A DNA stretch of 64,000 nucleotides, taken from Sphingobacteriales bacterium UTBCD1 (lineage in GTDB: Bacteria > Bacteroidota > Bacteroidia > Chitinophagales > Chitinophagaceae). The stretch covers positions 11,649 to 75,648 of the forward strand of contig MWTC01000031.1 in NCBI GenBank assembly GCA_002066995.1. The letters are read 5' to 3'. Position 1 is the stretch's first letter, and each line of letters opens with the position of its first letter. Positions 54,266-63,720 of this stretch are shown piece by piece. The position numbers and the translations under genes were made by a program. A model generated the notes under the pieces. The model was not told the DNA's origin. It saw only the letters and a list, made by a program, of their open reading frames with translations, and searched no databases.

Positions 54266-56065
54266 ATGGAAAAATTCATTGTTTCAGCGAGGAAGTACAG
54301 GCCGCAAACCTTTGATACCGTAGTAGGGCAGGCTCATATTACTACTACTTTAAAAAATGCTATCCGCAATAAACAGCTGGCACATGCATTTTTATTCTGC
54401 GGGCCAAGAGGTGTAGGGAAAACAAGCTGTGCCCGGATTCTTGCCAAAACGATCAATTGTGAACATCCGACCAAAGACGGTGAAGCCTGCAATAAATGCA
54501 ACTCCTGCAAAGCATTCAATGAGGGCACTTCGCTGAACTATTTTGAACTTGATGCTGCTTCCAATAATTCTGTAGATGACATCCGTGAATTGGTGAACCA
54601 GGTCCGGTTTGTTCCCCAGAGTGGCCGCTACAAAGTATATGTGATAGATGAAGTGCACATGCTTAGTCCCTCCGCCTTCAATGCCTTCTTGAAAACGCTT
54701 GAGGAACCACCGCCTTATGCAATTTTTATTTTAGCCACAACAGAAAAACATAAGATCCTCCCCACTATTCTCAGCCGTTGCCAGATTTTTGATTTCAAGC
54801 GGATCAATATCAATGATACAGTAGATCATCTGCAGGATATCTGTAATAAAGAGGAAATCAAAGCAGACAAAGCTTCTTTGCAGGTAATCGCTCAGAAAAG
54901 TGAAGGCTGTATGAGGGATGCTCTGAGCATACTTGATAAGATAGTCAGTTTTACCAACGGTCATTTGAATTACAGCAATACCCTGGAACACCTCAATATA
55001 CTGGATGACGATTACTATTTTAAGTTAATAGGCTGCATATTGCAGCAGAACTTATCGGGGGCATTGTTGTTGTATGACGAAATCAATCATAAGGGATTTG
55101 AAGGTGACCTGGTATTAAACGGATTTTCAGAATTTATCCGCAACCTGCTGGTAAGTAAAGATGAGAAAGTCGTCAGTTTGCTGGAAGTAGTTGAAAGTTT
55201 TAAAGAAAAATTTATTGAAACGGCAAAAAAGGTCTCACCGGCAGTTCTGATCAGCGCTTTAAATATCCTGAATGAAGCTGAGATCAGTTATAAAGCTGCC
55301 CGTAATAAAAGACTACATGTAGAACTGGCGCTTATCAAACTATGCTACCTGCAGCAAGCTATTGAACTAACTTCAGAAGACAGCACTATTGTTAAAAAAA
55401 AAGTAGTTGATGCACCGTTGGCTTTTCGCATTACAGCGATCAGGTCTTTCAATAAAGAGGTGAAAAATGAAACCTCAAATGTTCAACACAAGCCTTCAAA
55501 TGCAACACTTGTCATCGAAACAGGAAGAGTGAATAAAAATGAAAATTCATTAGTAACAGAGGAAGCAATCAACTATGCACAACAAACCGTAACCGCTGAT
55601 TCACCATCCGGCTCCAGGCTGGCTACCCTTGACAAGATCCGCAAACAATACAGGAATAATGGTACAGAATCAAATGGAGGCAGCAATCACTCATTACAGC
55701 CGGAAACTTTGCAGAAAGCATGGAACGGATATATTCATAAACTGAAGGAAACCAAAAACCCTGCGGTACCCAGCTTTGAACGCTCTTTTTTACGCATAAA
55801 AGATGCTAATTCTTTTGAAGTGGTCAGTAGTAACAGCCTGGAACAAAAATTCATTGAACATGAACGGAGCAAACTCTTCTTATTTCTCCGCCAGCAATTG
55901 CATAATAACAGCCTCCAGTATAGCGTAGTCGTAGAGGAAAACCCTGAGGAACACCTGAAACATGAAGTGAACCTTACCGCAAGGGAGCAGTTTCAGAAAA
56001 TTACAGAACAATATCCGATGGTAAAAGAACTGAAAGACCGGCTGGGCCTGCAACTGGATTATTGA
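54266..56065 (+). CDS. dnaX: DNA polymerase III subunit gamma/tau
   Basis: RPQTFDTVVGQ, Walker A GPRGVGKTS, a Cys4 zinc module (CEHP...CNKCNSC), DEVHML, and SRC. Confidence 0.95.
   Translation: MEKFIVSARKYRPQTFDTVVGQAHITTTLKNAIRNKQLAHAFLFCGPRGVGKTSCARILAKTINCEHPTKDGEACNKCNSCKAFNEGTSLNYFELDAASNNSVDDIRELVNQVRFVPQSGRYKVYVIDEVHMLSPSAFNAFLKTLEEPPPYAIFILATTEKHKILPTILSRCQIFDFKRININDTVDHLQDICNKEEIKADKASLQVIAQKSEGCMRDALSILDKIVSFTNGHLNYSNTLEHLNILDDDYYFKLIGCILQQNLSGALLLYDEINHKGFEGDLVLNGFSEFIRNLLVSKDEKVVSLLEVVESFKEKFIETAKKVSPAVLISALNILNEAEISYKAARNKRLHVELALIKLCYLQQAIELTSEDSTIVKKKVVDAPLAFRITAIRSFNKEVKNETSNVQHKPSNATLVIETGRVNKNENSLVTEEAINYAQQTVTADSPSGSRLATLDKIRKQYRNNGTESNGGSNHSLQPETLQKAWNGYIHKLKETKNPAVPSFERSFLRIKDANSFEVVSSNSLEQKFIEHERSKLFLFLRQQLHNNSLQYSVVVEENPEEHLKHEVNLTAREQFQKITEQYPMVKELKDRLGLQLDY
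55394..55410 (+). other. A9 slippery run in dnaX followed by stops in both alternative frames
   Basis: Codons 377-379 are AAA AAA AAA. The -1 frame reads AGT AGT TGA (stop 55408-55410) and the +1 frame reads TAG (55404-55406). Confidence 0.45.
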
Positions 56066-56199
56066 CATTTATCAAACCATAACGAAAAATTCCTGAATAT
56101 CTGCTACTCGTATTCTTACTGATAAAATTGAGTATTAGTGATATTGACTAAAATCTAAAAACCAGGTTATTTTGATTTTAGAATACAAAGTAACTATTT

Positions 56200-56412
56200 A
56201 TGAACCTGATGATGTTTCTTGGCAATGACCTGATCGAATCCATACCGCTGGAACTTAGCAGGATTTCTAAGCCGGGCTACCTTGGCAGTTTCAAAAGAGC
56301 AATGAAAGTAAAATATAATGAACTGATCCAACAATATGGTGAAAAGCCGGAATTCTTTGTTGTCGAAAATAAAACTGAGAAGACTGATACGGGCGGGAAA
56401 CCCGGGCATTAA
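56200..56412 (+). CDS. Hypothetical small protein (70 aa)
   Basis: ORF with balanced, protein-like composition. An antisense ORF of equal size looks less protein-like. There is no other support. Confidence 0.3.
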   Translation: MNLMMFLGNDLIESIPLELSRISKPGYLGSFKRAMKVKYNELIQQYGEKPEFFVVENKTEKTDTGGKPGH

Positions 56413-56667
56413 ATTGTTTAACCCATATCAACACTAAAAATAAGTTCAGGAGAAGTACTGCCAGTTCCCTCATTTACATCAGTATATAGAAATTTTTACC
56501 CATTGCACGCTTTTTGTCCTGCCTATTTCCAAAATGCATCATCAACCTTTTAACCTTTGTTTCAGATTTTTTTATGGATGAGTTGAAATGATAACTGTTA
56601 CAGCCTGAATAATCCTGAGGAGGCGTAAATGTATTGAAGCCAAACTTCATAAGAAAGAAAATACCAT

Positions 56668-58221
56668 CTATAACCGGATAATTGCAAATCCATTTCTCCT
56701 GTCTCTTATATAAGGAACGGCCAGTTCATTCTCAGAAATCTGGCGGGCTCTCTGAAATACAAGTTTATTTTTTATCAGCCAGTATTCTATCCCTTCATTT
56801 AGCAGGTTTCCTTTTTCATCCAAAACAGTTGTATTGCTGTATGGTAATTCATCCCTGAGAAGATCGTTGTATAAAAGAAACAACTTTTCCCGGTAGGGAA
56901 AAAACACATACGAAAGATACGACCGGCCCAATTCCGTAACCTGCTTTTTATTGATGATGCCACTCCAGCAACTGTCATTACGTTTTGCAGGAAAATAAAA
57001 AAGAGTCAAATCTCCCCTGTCAAAATCTTTCCGGATGCCTGCAAGGTTATCATACCGGGTGTAATCTCCCCTGTTCCAGTAAATATTTCTTTCAGGAAGA
57101 AAAACAGTTGAATCACCTCCTTCCTGCCGGTCTTCTGTATGTCTTTCATTATTATAACCATTTTCCGGAAGCAGTTTTCCGTATTCTTTTAAAAACAAAA
57201 ATCCTTTGCCGGGCGCCACCAGAAAATATTCTTCATAAATATTTTTGTACCGGTTTTTGTCTTTAGCTAGTGAATTAAAAGAATATGAAGTATCGAGGTC
57301 AAGATGAAAAGGATCCATTGCAAAGTGTGCTATCCTTACGTTCTTAATACCCGTTCGCCGGGTAGTAAGGAGTATTCCCGCAAATCCTTCCTTCAGTTCA
57401 TTATCATAATAAAGGCCTGCGTCTTCCACAGAAACTGAAGATGCGAGCTTAATTTCCAGGCACCCTGTATCTGTGTTGTCTTTATCAAAATAAACCAAAA
57501 CATAATGATGATTTTTGACCGAAGGCACCATCATAAGCCAGTTCCCGTTATTAAGCAGCTTGATGGGACTACTGCTATAACCTTCCAATGCGTAATCAAC
57601 CATATCGTATTGCACCAATGGTTTATTGATCATGAAGTTTGAATACTCTGTCCTTTTGATCAAATTCCAATTTTCATCATATAAAAATGAATATAACCTG
57701 GCCGGTGAATCGGGAACGGTTTCAAAGCCCAGAAGCAGCACTTTCTTTTTATTCTGCGACCGAACCAGTATAAAATCCTCGCATTTTAATTTTGATGAAA
57801 ACTCTGCAATAGTTCTGGATGTACCACAACTGCTTCCATCAGCAGTGTAGCGAAGCAGAGAAACTATTATTTTTTGATCTGCTGCCTGAAAGTCCACCTG
57901 ATCAAAATATTCATCACCGGCAACGAGATATTGTTTGATAAGGTCAACGGGAAGAGAATATGGTATAATACGCACCGGGTTCATCCGGGAATCAAATATT
58001 TCAAAACGGAGTCCTTTGTAATCCTTCGAAGATTTTTTTGATTCCTGATTACTGAATTGCAGTTTACCTGCCTGCATCCAATAATAATCTCCTGCTTTAC
58101 CGGCTACATCAAAAAGAGATGACAGCCCGCCCTTTATGTAAGGTGAATATAAAACCTTCTGAGCCTCCGGAAATCCGGCGCTGAGAGAAACAAGAATCAA
58201 GATCAGTGCTCCGGTTCTCAT
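56668..58221 (-). CDS. Hypothetical secreted protein (517 aa)
   Basis: N-terminal signal peptide (MRTGALILILVSLSAGFPEAQ). I recognise no domain. Confidence 0.6.
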   Translation of the reverse strand: MRTGALILILVSLSAGFPEAQKVLYSPYIKGGLSSLFDVAGKAGDYYWMQAGKLQFSNQESKKSSKDYKGLRFEIFDSRMNPVRIIPYSLPVDLIKQYLVAGDEYFDQVDFQAADQKIIVSLLRYTADGSSCGTSRTIAEFSSKLKCEDFILVRSQNKKKVLLLGFETVPDSPARLYSFLYDENWNLIKRTEYSNFMINKPLVQYDMVDYALEGYSSSPIKLLNNGNWLMMVPSVKNHHYVLVYFDKDNTDTGCLEIKLASSVSVEDAGLYYDNELKEGFAGILLTTRRTGIKNVRIAHFAMDPFHLDLDTSYSFNSLAKDKNRYKNIYEEYFLVAPGKGFLFLKEYGKLLPENGYNNERHTEDRQEGGDSTVFLPERNIYWNRGDYTRYDNLAGIRKDFDRGDLTLFYFPAKRNDSCWSGIINKKQVTELGRSYLSYVFFPYREKLFLLYNDLLRDELPYSNTTVLDEKGNLLNEGIEYWLIKNKLVFQRARQISENELAVPYIRDRRNGFAIIRL

Positions 58222-58364
58222 AACACAAACTCATCAGTAAGTTACATTTTTTCCATAACCTGGTAAGGCTCCCATACAGTATCTCAAACCGGAACAATGA
58301 ATTTTTATTTACCATCATTGCTGATCAAAGAAATTTAGGGGGATTGTAATATCATTTTATAATA

Positions 58365-58391
58365 AAAAGGCCCGCTTTGGACGAGCCTTTT
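58365..58391 (-). terminator. Rho-independent terminator after the Trp-rich protein gene
   Basis: Minus strand reads AAAAGGCUCG-UCCAAAG-CGGGCCUUUU followed by UAUUAU. Confidence 0.5.
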
Positions 58392-58421
58392 CCATATATA
58401 AACTAAAGACATTGAAGATTA

Positions 58422-59846
58422 CTATCCTCTTTTCCTGTTTCCACCCCAGCGCCCGGGAATATTCATCTGCCCGGGGTTCCCGCCATCTCTGCGTTCAAAC
58501 TGGCGGGGTTGTTCTGTTTGACGGGGCTGGTTATAGCTACGGCTTTCAAAATTTCTGATTCCGGGATTCCTGCTATTATCCTGAATAGCAGGCTGTCTTC
58601 TTTCAAACGGGTTTGAATTCCGGTTATTATTCATCCATACATTGTTTTGCCTGTCAGAATTTTTCCGATCGGGATTTGGATTATTATTCGGCAACTGTTG
58701 CTGCCTTCTAATAAAAGGATTACCCTGATCCTGATTATTTCTTTGAGGAAGATTATTAGTCCTTCCGTCAAATGGATTGCTGTTTCTTTCCTGCCTATCT
58801 ATGTTGTTGCTGTTATTGCTGTTTTGTCTTGTATGGTTATCGAGTTCCCAACCGTTTCTCTGAGGAAGATTATTTCCCCGGTTGATTGTGCTATTCCCCC
58901 CTATACCATTATTATCATTTTGTCCATTCCGGTTATTGAATCCCCTATCATTTCTCTGAGGAAGGTTATTTCCCCGGCTGGCTGTATTATTATCCCTTCT
59001 TACCCTGCTATCATTCTGAGGACTGTTGTTAAACCGTTCAAAGCTTCCTGGGGCAAACCGGTTATTATCATTTTTTTCTACATTCGGGCGATACATCGAA
59101 ATAGAATTATTGGCAAACACTGTCCTTCCCGGTCGTTCAGATTCATGGAATGAAACAGGCCTGATCCGCTGATTAGTGAAGCGCTCAACTTCGTTCCGGC
59201 GTGGCCCGCTTACATAAACATTCCTTCCCCTGCCGCCATAATTATTAATGATCGTTGTATTATTAATGATTGTTGTATTATTAATGATTGTTGTATTATT
59301 TACAATTGTCGTATTCATTCTCGGGCTGACACAATAATCATAGATTCGTGGTGCAGTAATATAACGCCGCGGTGCAAAGCACCAATAATCCATGGGCGGT
59401 GCATAACTGCCTATGGAAATACTAATATTAAATCCCGGGTTCAATGGCGCCCATCCATAAAAATCGCCACCGCTTCTCCAGGCCACCCATGCAGGAGACC
59501 ATTCATACCCGGGTACCCATAGCCATCCATAAAGTGGATCATAGAACCAACGGCCATAGTGAAAAGGAGCCCAACCCCAGTCAAAATCAGAAACCCAGAT
59601 CCAATCATATTGATCAGACCATTCCCAATGACCCATGGTGCTGTAAGGGCGGAAGCCTGCACCTACATTCGGGTTCCACACATATCCATATTGAGGATAA
59701 TCTATCCAGTTACCATAAGGGCTGAGATCATCATAAAAAGTCTGGAATGTGATATTTGCAGAGATCTGTGCGGAAGCTGTATTTCGAAAAGGAATCGTCA
59801 GCAGCAATGCTGCTGCAATTATTGAAATGCTTAAAATTCGTTTCAT
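58422..59846 (-). CDS. Secreted Trp/Gly-rich repeat protein with an Asn/Arg/Gln-rich low-complexity C-terminal half
   Basis: Start trimmed to the ATG at 59846 (MKRILSISIIAAALLLTIPFRNTASAQ signal peptide). W-rich core (WEWSDQYDWIWVSDFDWGWAPFHYGRWFYDPLYGWLWVPGYEWSPAWVAWR), (NNTTII)n, and three RGNNLPQRN-type repeats. Confidence 0.7.
   Translation of the reverse strand: MKRILSISIIAAALLLTIPFRNTASAQISANITFQTFYDDLSPYGNWIDYPQYGYVWNPNVGAGFRPYSTMGHWEWSDQYDWIWVSDFDWGWAPFHYGRWFYDPLYGWLWVPGYEWSPAWVAWRSGGDFYGWAPLNPGFNISISIGSYAPPMDYWCFAPRRYITAPRIYDYCVSPRMNTTIVNNTTIINNTTIINNTTIINNYGGRGRNVYVSGPRRNEVERFTNQRIRPVSFHESERPGRTVFANNSISMYRPNVEKNDNNRFAPGSFERFNNSPQNDSRVRRDNNTASRGNNLPQRNDRGFNNRNGQNDNNGIGGNSTINRGNNLPQRNGWELDNHTRQNSNNSNNIDRQERNSNPFDGRTNNLPQRNNQDQGNPFIRRQQQLPNNNPNPDRKNSDRQNNVWMNNNRNSNPFERRQPAIQDNSRNPGIRNFESRSYNQPRQTEQPRQFERRDGGNPGQMNIPGRWGGNRKRG
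59241..59312. repeat. 18-bp in-frame tandem repeat (about 4 copies, the last degenerate)
   Basis: ATTATTAATGAT(C/T)GTTGT at 59241, 59259 and 59277, with a degenerate copy at 59295. Encodes (T)TI(I/V)NN repeats on the minus strand. Confidence 0.85.
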
Positions 59847-59983
59847 GGTTATTTTTTTACGGTTTAAAAAAACGGGCCTGAAAAATGTACACACAATAAG
59901 AGACTCTACTATTGTGCCATAGTTGTATGCCATGAACTCCTTTTAATGAATTATTATGAAAAATATATTTCACAAAAAACTTT

Positions 59984-60005
59984 TCACCCATGCCCTTCCG
60001 GGTGA
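59984..60005 (-). terminator. Possible terminator after the DUF4399-like gene
   Basis: TCACCC-N10-GGGTGA hairpin. On the minus strand a U6 run begins 4 nt downstream. Confidence 0.35.
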
Positions 60006-60109
60006 AAAAATTTTCTCATCATCTTTTCTTTACATATTATAAAACAGCAACATTATCCTGCCCTTCACTACCTGGCAGGAACCGATATATTTTAAAATAT
60101 TGAATTGAT

Positions 60110-60622
60110 TTATTTCTTCACGGTTACATTCACCGTTGTGGCCAGCTGTGCACCATAAGACCTGTGAATTCCATCAGCAAACTGCAATGTAAGCTTATGC
60201 TTTCCCGGAGCCAGAGACAATTCAGCTTCGCTTTGTCCTTTTCCGTAATGAAGATGGGTCGAATCAGTCGGAACAACAGTTCCAAATGCCAATGAATCTT
60301 CAGCATCTATAAAAATATGGAAATGACCGCTGCCCGCAACTACTGGGCCGATCGCTTCCACTTTCATCTTATCCACCCCCATCTGAACTTTGAAAGGACT
60401 ACTGACAGTTGCCCCTGTTTTAAGATTTTTAAAATACACTTTTGCACCCTGGGGAACTGATGGTTCTTCCGGAACGCTGGTATTTTGCATATTCATATTA
60501 TGTGTTGAGTCAGGAGCTACTTTGCTTGCTGTATCCCCGGATTTCTCCGATCCTTTACCTGAACTATTACAGGCTGAGAGTATAAAAAGTCCGGCTGCCG
60601 CTAAAAATAATTTACTGGTCAT
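60110..60622 (-). CDS. DUF4399-like lipoprotein
   Basis: Lipobox (ILSAC). GSGHFHIFID and THLHYGKGQSE...LAPGKHKLTLQFADG resemble DUF4399. Confidence 0.65.
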   Translation of the reverse strand: MTSKLFLAAAGLFILSACNSSGKGSEKSGDTASKVAPDSTHNMNMQNTSVPEEPSVPQGAKVYFKNLKTGATVSSPFKVQMGVDKMKVEAIGPVVAGSGHFHIFIDAEDSLAFGTVVPTDSTHLHYGKGQSEAELSLAPGKHKLTLQFADGIHRSYGAQLATTVNVTVKK

Positions 60623-60892
60623 ATTAAAAAATTTTACGGCTAAAGGTAGTCCTATTTAGCGAAGTCTCCGGCCCGGGGTATGTTATGTATTTGTAAACAG
60701 AAACAATATCTTTCCTATTTTCCTTATTTAAATCAGAATAATCTCCCGGATTACGGGTTCAGCCCAATTATCTTTTTTTTATACTTGTCAATAACTATTC
60801 CTGTCTGTACCTCTGAAAATTAGCAATCCTGCCTGCTGATAATCTACCGGATCAACCTATCGATAAGTACCCGTTTTTGAGAAATTCAGGAA

Positions 60893-61867
60893 CTACTGTT
60901 CAATCAGGCCTTCGTAAGCCCTGGAAGCATAGTACCTGTACTTTTTCGACTCATATTTTGTGCCGCAAAGAACTGAATGAATAAATCCATTAAGCTCTAC
61001 TTGTTGGGTATGGAAAATTTTTTGTTCCGGGTTGGTTTTAAAATAAAATTGAATACGCCGGTCTTTAGTTTTATAAACAATCATGCTATCGCCTGAAAAT
61101 TCAGAAAAGGAAAATTCTTTTTGTAAATCCTGCAGGAACAAATGACTTCTGTACCAGGTACCACCCGTGTCGGATACAACCGGTTTGCCATTGTACAATG
61201 CTACACTGTCATTATAGGCAAACACGTTTAATGCAGAACCTTTCACTTGCCGTAACCAGCTTATGATCTCAGGACAATAGCTGTTCTCATAACCATAATC
61301 GCTGTCAAGAAAACTGATACGCTTGACAGAAGATGGAATGTCTTTTACACCTGCCAGGTAGCCGAAAATAAAACTGCCTCCGCCACTGTGACCGTTCAGG
61401 TAAATACTTACATTCTTTGTTGCTGTCAAACCCGATAAAGAGTCGACCAAATGAGGTATCAAATCCCGGAATTCTGGATGCTTCTGTTTCCATGAAGGCC
61501 AGCTTTTGTAATTGTTCTCCAGGTATATGACAATAAAATTTTTTTTCTTCAATTGTTTCCTGATAAAGCTTGTCTGTGCCCTGATATGCTGAATATCGAA
61601 ATGCCAGTCATCGCCCTCTTTCATTCTCCTGCCCATTGTTTGCTCCGTAGTACTGCCATTGGGTAAAGCAAAAAAAGTGACGATGGTTTCTTTTTGAGAT
61701 GAAAAGTTTCGGGGTCTGTCAATGGTGACCTTAATATCGCCATGAACCCGAAAAGAATCTATAGATGAGAAATTTTTTTGTGCTTTGCCGCAAAAACAGG
61801 CTGATGGAAAAATTATAATTGCAGTTATAAAGAATTTCAACACAAATAATCTGATTAAAAAATCCAT
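60893..61867 (-). CDS. Secreted alpha/beta-hydrolase-like protein (putative esterase)
   Basis: Signal peptide. GHSGGG matches the nucleophile-elbow pattern G-x-S-x-G. Confidence 0.55.
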   Translation of the reverse strand: MDFLIRLFVLKFFITAIIIFPSACFCGKAQKNFSSIDSFRVHGDIKVTIDRPRNFSSQKETIVTFFALPNGSTTEQTMGRRMKEGDDWHFDIQHIRAQTSFIRKQLKKKNFIVIYLENNYKSWPSWKQKHPEFRDLIPHLVDSLSGLTATKNVSIYLNGHSGGGSFIFGYLAGVKDIPSSVKRISFLDSDYGYENSYCPEIISWLRQVKGSALNVFAYNDSVALYNGKPVVSDTGGTWYRSHLFLQDLQKEFSFSEFSGDSMIVYKTKDRRIQFYFKTNPEQKIFHTQQVELNGFIHSVLCGTKYESKKYRYYASRAYEGLIEQ

Positions 61868-62047
61868 AGTTATAAATCAAAGATAAGTTCCGGGCTAACT
61901 ATACAAGCGCCATAAAAATTTAACCTCAGGCTTGTAAAAAGTTGGATATGTAATAAAGATTATTTAACAAATTGGGAATGAATAAATTATATTTAGAGAA
62001 TACACTATTTCCGTAAAAGCACGGCTTCTAAATTCTTTTTAACAAAA

Positions 62048-62081
62048 TTTGATATATCGTATGGAAGTTTTTTTATCTTTG
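62048..62081 (+). promoter_or_regulatory. Bacteroidota-type promoter candidate (-33 TTTG, -7 TATCTTTG)
   Basis: TTTG at 62048-62051 and TATCTTTG (matching TAnnTTTG) at 62074-62081, with a 22-nt spacer. Confidence 0.4.
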
Positions 62082-62192
62082 TATACGAACAATCCAACCT
62101 TATTTAAATCACAGACCCTTTATTGTTTCATTGCAATCCGGTACCTACCTGGAAACTGTAAACACATTTTTGAAACTTTAAAACATCTGTGT

Positions 62193-62303
62193 ATGAAAAA
62201 AGTCTACACTTTGCTTCAAAACCCCGACGTACAGGGAGCTATCACTATCACACTTATTGTTGCCACTATCGTAGTAGCATTCCTTATGACTCTGGGAAAA
62301 TAA
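62193..62303 (+). CDS. Small hydrophobic peptide (36 aa)
   Basis: MKKVYTLLQNPDVQGAITITLIVATIVVAFLMTLGK has one TM helix. It lies between a promoter-like element and a strong terminator. The longer 84-aa ORF-track call starts upstream of the putative -7 box. Confidence 0.4.
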   Translation: MKKVYTLLQNPDVQGAITITLIVATIVVAFLMTLGK

Positions 62304-62350
62304 TTGTTTAGAAACAGAGAATAATCTTTGTTCCAGCAGGAAATAATTTT

Positions 62351-62377
62351 GCTTTGCCCCCGGCAAAGCTTTTTTTT
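62351..62377 (+). terminator. Rho-independent terminator
   Basis: GCTTTGCC-CCC-GGCAAAGC followed by T8. Confidence 0.7.
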
Positions 62378-62476
62378 GTACAATTCCGGTCAGGATATAA
62401 ATCTGATTCCTCCAAATAATAAGAACTATTCTTCAAAGCAATCTGTAACAGGATCCGGCTTCGGATATGATTATCA

Positions 62477-63715
62477 TTACGTTTCCACGTAATTCAGGTC
62501 TTTATGGTAGGTCTCTTCGGTAAAATAAAAAGCGATGAGTGTAACAATCATGACCACTACTCCGGTAACAATTCCACTTTTAATAAGAGGCCATTGCCAG
62601 GTTTTCTGAAACAGATCTAAAAACATGAGGTTGATTAACGGTAATGCTCCACGTACCATATTGGGAATTGTAGTAGCTGCAGTGGCACGCAGGTTGGTTC
62701 CGAACTGCTCCGCTCCCATTGTAATGAAGATAGCCCAGAACCCCGTACTGAAGCCGAGTAATGCACAGATCCAATACATCCTGGTATCGGAATTATTAAA
62801 GGAGCTGAAAAATAACACCAGGGCTAACATGCTTAATACATAATAAAGCAGCAATCCTTTCTTCCTGCTTTTAAATAACTGGCATATAAATCCTACAGCT
62901 ATATCACCTAATGAAATAGCAGCATAAGCAAACATGATGGCACGTCCCGAATCTATAGTTGTACTCCCGTAAAGTTCACCTGCAAATTTATCGCTCTGGT
63001 TCACCAGTATCCCAATAACAAACCAGGTCGGCAATCCGATGAGAATGGCAAAAACGTATTTTTTAAACCGTTTTCTGTTGTTGAAAAACATGAAGAAATT
63101 CCCACGGGCTACATCTAATTGTTTTACCTGTTTGTACATCCCTGATTCGGCAACAGCGATACGGAATAACAGTAACACAATGCCAAGCCCACCGCCTATT
63201 TTATAACACAAACGCCAATTATGATCAGTAAAAAAGAAAACAAAATAAGCAACAACAGCCCCGCTCAGTCCAATGCCGGCTACCATGGAAGTGCCAATAC
63301 CTCTTTTGTTTTGCGGCATGTATTCGGTCACCAATGTTATACCGGCGCCTAATTCTCCAGCCAAGCCAAGCCCGGCGGCAAAGCGGCACCACGCATATTG
63401 GTCCACCGTTTCTATATAACCGGTCAGAAAGTTTGCAATGGAATATAAAATAATGGAACCGAACAAGACGGATAACCGTCCTTTTTTATCTCCCAAAATT
63501 CCCCAAATAATACCACCCAGCAACAATCCGATCATTTGTAAATTGATAACATGAGTACTGTCCACCAGCATTGTTGCATCTGTGGCACCCACATCCCGCA
63601 TGCTGGGTGCTTTCACAATAGTAAATAATAAGAGATCGTATATGTCCACAAAATATCCAAGCGCTGCCACAATCACAGCAATATTGAAAATAGAGTTGGA
63701 ACGATTGGGTTGCAT
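62477..63715 (-). CDS. MFS transporter
   Basis: 412 aa with ~12 TM helices and a GDKKGR loop motif between TM2 and TM3. Confidence 0.85.
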   Translation of the reverse strand: MQPNRSNSIFNIAVIVAALGYFVDIYDLLLFTIVKAPSMRDVGATDATMLVDSTHVINLQMIGLLLGGIIWGILGDKKGRLSVLFGSIILYSIANFLTGYIETVDQYAWCRFAAGLGLAGELGAGITLVTEYMPQNKRGIGTSMVAGIGLSGAVVAYFVFFFTDHNWRLCYKIGGGLGIVLLLFRIAVAESGMYKQVKQLDVARGNFFMFFNNRKRFKKYVFAILIGLPTWFVIGILVNQSDKFAGELYGSTTIDSGRAIMFAYAAISLGDIAVGFICQLFKSRKKGLLLYYVLSMLALVLFFSSFNNSDTRMYWICALLGFSTGFWAIFITMGAEQFGTNLRATAATTIPNMVRGALPLINLMFLDLFQKTWQWPLIKSGIVTGVVVMIVTLIAFYFTEETYHKDLNYVET

Positions 63716-63720
63716 ATAGT

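Noticed and set aside
59847-59933. The upstream 29 codons of the Trp-rich protein ORF.
   Set aside because: The internal Met at 59846 starts a canonical signal peptide (MKRILSISIIAAALLL...), and the extension has no such feature.
62049-62192. The 5' part of the 84-aa ORF 62049-62303.
   Set aside because: It starts at a non-ATG codon upstream of the promoter-like -7 box and has an unconvincing composition. Only the terminal 36 codons form a plausible peptide.
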